Below are positions 63,340 to 64,000 of a stretch of DNA of 64,000 bases, one piece after another. The notes below the pieces were generated by a model, which was given only the letters and a program-made list of their open reading frames with translations, made no database searches and was not told where the DNA came from. The number at the start of each line of letters is the position of its first letter. Position 1 is the stretch's first letter. The stretch is from Ramazzottius varieornatus. Taxonomy: Eukaryota > Animalia > Tardigrada. Made by a program: the position numbers and the translations under genes. Where the stretch lies: positions 445,401-509,400 of the forward strand of contig BDGG01000007.1 in assembly GCA_001949185.1 (NCBI GenBank), given 5' to 3'.

Positions 63340-64000
63340 AGCCACTGCTCAGGAAGACTACTGCGAGAGCAATATAGTCAATCAAACCATATCAATCAAC
63401 TAGGACAACTGAAAGCCGTTAAAATGGATGTTACCTGTCTTTCTTCCGCTCAAGTCGAACTTCACTAGATCCAACCTAACCAAGAGGCGTCAAGATATCC
63501 CTGCAATAGTGGAAGCAGTGGTAAGATAAGGACTGGAACTACTAGATAAAAGAACGACTGGATTATCCCTAGGGCCAGAAGACTTACGGTGACACCTTGC
63601 AAAGAAAATTAATCGGTAATCAACGAGTTTAGAAATAGACTCATACTGTTCTGCCAGCACACTGTATCCTGTATATTTCTCGCCAGTGCGAATACTGCGG
63701 TTGAAGAATCAGAAGCAAAATGAAACGGACAACACTGAAAGGAGGCGATGTTCAGACATACCTGAGTGCCAAGTGTGAGGCGTCCGCAGACTCCGCACTA
63801 CAACGTCCTGAAAGCTCTTCAAGTCCTCCTGATCCGTAGCCACTCCCGGAGCTCTGCAGATCTTTGAAGGATCGTTGCGAATATCCTCGTGTAAACGTGA
63901 GAGAAACGTTTGGATCCGGTCGACGAAGAAAACTGGAATGCGAGAAGTCGACGACGGAAAATTTTAATACAGTATGTGTAGAATGTGTAGTCGATTTTGA

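Noticed and set aside
63420-64000. Possible additional gene at the window end
   Set aside because: Minus-strand splice-like signals fit TCERG1 5' UTR exons better; no convincing ORF.

Overview
This is eukaryotic (animal) genomic DNA of moderate GC with many short GT-AG introns. The compact gene structure and gene content suggest a small invertebrate genome, possibly a tardigrade (inference only). The first ~47 kb is an accessory, TE-rich zone. It holds an intron-containing MULE-like transposase, two tandem Gig2-like ADP-ribosyltransferase-fold genes with an N-terminal Cys/His cluster, a clan-2 cytochrome P450, and a 9-exon opsin that keeps the retinal lysine but has lost ERY/DRY, E181 and the HPK/NKQ motif. 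It also holds a decayed CRE-type non-LTR retrotransposon, a stand-alone Ebony-C-terminal/AANAT-fold gene, a decayed stonustoxin-like+FN3 gene, an orphan class A GPCR, a decayed AIG1/septin-like GTPase and many MITEs or foldback elements. The last ~17 kb is gene-dense: an apparently catalytically dead sulfotransferase, ARL6IP4, BAG1, aminopeptidase N and TCERG1. All calls come from manual translation, manual splicing and motif recognition; no database searches were run.
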